The position numbers and the translations under genes are program-made. A stretch of 64,000 nucleotides of DNA from Heterodontus francisci. Taxonomy: Eukaryota. Below, piece after piece: positions 63,498 to 64,000 of the stretch. A model generated the notes under the pieces. It had not been told where the DNA came from. It ran no database searches and worked only from the letters and a program-made list of their open reading frames with translations. Every line of letters begins with the position of its first letter. Position 1 is the stretch's first letter. Location: assembly GCF_036365525.1 (NCBI RefSeq), contig NC_090392.1, forward strand, positions 75,036,345 through 75,100,344. Direction: 5' to 3'.

Positions 63498-64000
63498 GGT
63501 CCTCCCACCATAGTGAACTGAGGGGCTGGACCTATGGGAAACCCGTTGGGCTGTATACACCAAATATGGGTTTGCTGTAAAATGTACCTGGCAGGTAAAA
63601 TGGAATGGAAGGGTTGTGGAGCAACTCACTCCTGTATTGAAGAAAACTGATTTCCTTTGCACTTTTTGGAATGTCAACTTGGTGATGTTATGAACTGTTT
63701 TTTAATGTATCTTTTACAGATTTTTATGAATAAAGTATATGTTGGGGGAAAAAAAACCCAGGTGCATGCAGAAAGCATTGCTAGAACCAGGCAGCCTTCC
63801 AACAAAGTCCTGGAAAATTTCCCACTGCTTGTCCATCTCGGACTACCCTACATAGAATTTATGAGACAAAGCAGGCCATTCGGCCCAACAGCTACATGCT
63901 GTTTATGCAGTGTGTGAAGGGCAGGTGAGGGCAAGGTAATTCTTTGCTGTGAGGCTGCTGCTGTGGAATAGCTTGCCATGCTCACCGCCTCTGCTCAAAA

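Larger units (their letters stand above)
58883..63756 (+). mobile_element. Full-length decayed Tx1-clade non-LTR retrotransposon
   Basis: 12-bp TSD CCCAGGTGCATG (58871-58882, 63757-63768); ORF1 with CCHC knuckles; ORF2 APE-RT; aataaa at 63729 then an A tail. Confidence 0.93.

Noticed and set aside
63585-63595. TACCTGGCAGG in the Tx1 3'UTR equals U1 nt 6-16
   Set aside because: Only 11 nt and plausibly chance or copy-specific mutation; it needs the family consensus before it can be interpreted as target-pairing sequence

Overview
Repeat-dense vertebrate genomic DNA, almost certainly from a shark or related elasmobranch (HE1-type SINEs with CR1/HER1-like tails, abundant CR1, RTE, Tx1, Penelope relics, solo LTRs and MITEs). 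No host protein-coding exon can be supported; every convincing ORF is retrotransposon-derived. The main elements are a nearly intact full-length CR1 (26317-31275) with five 161-bp 5'UTR monomers, a full-length RTE (~52098-56163) plus a ~99% identical 5'-truncated sister copy (39876-41680), and a decayed full-length Tx1 (58883-63756). The probable host feature is a minus-strand first exon/promoter at ~16002-16350 with uORFs and a split RE1/NRSE site, next to a TE-free ~4.7 kb stretch. The most notable observations are a U1 snRNA fragment at the 5' end of the Tx1 element inside a 12-bp TSD, minimal hammerhead ribozymes in Penelope relics, the L1-like monomer array of the CR1, a candidate pseudoknot in the RTE leader and a large LTR-derived inverted repeat. 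All family calls come from reading the sequence and recalled consensus sequences; no database searches were run.
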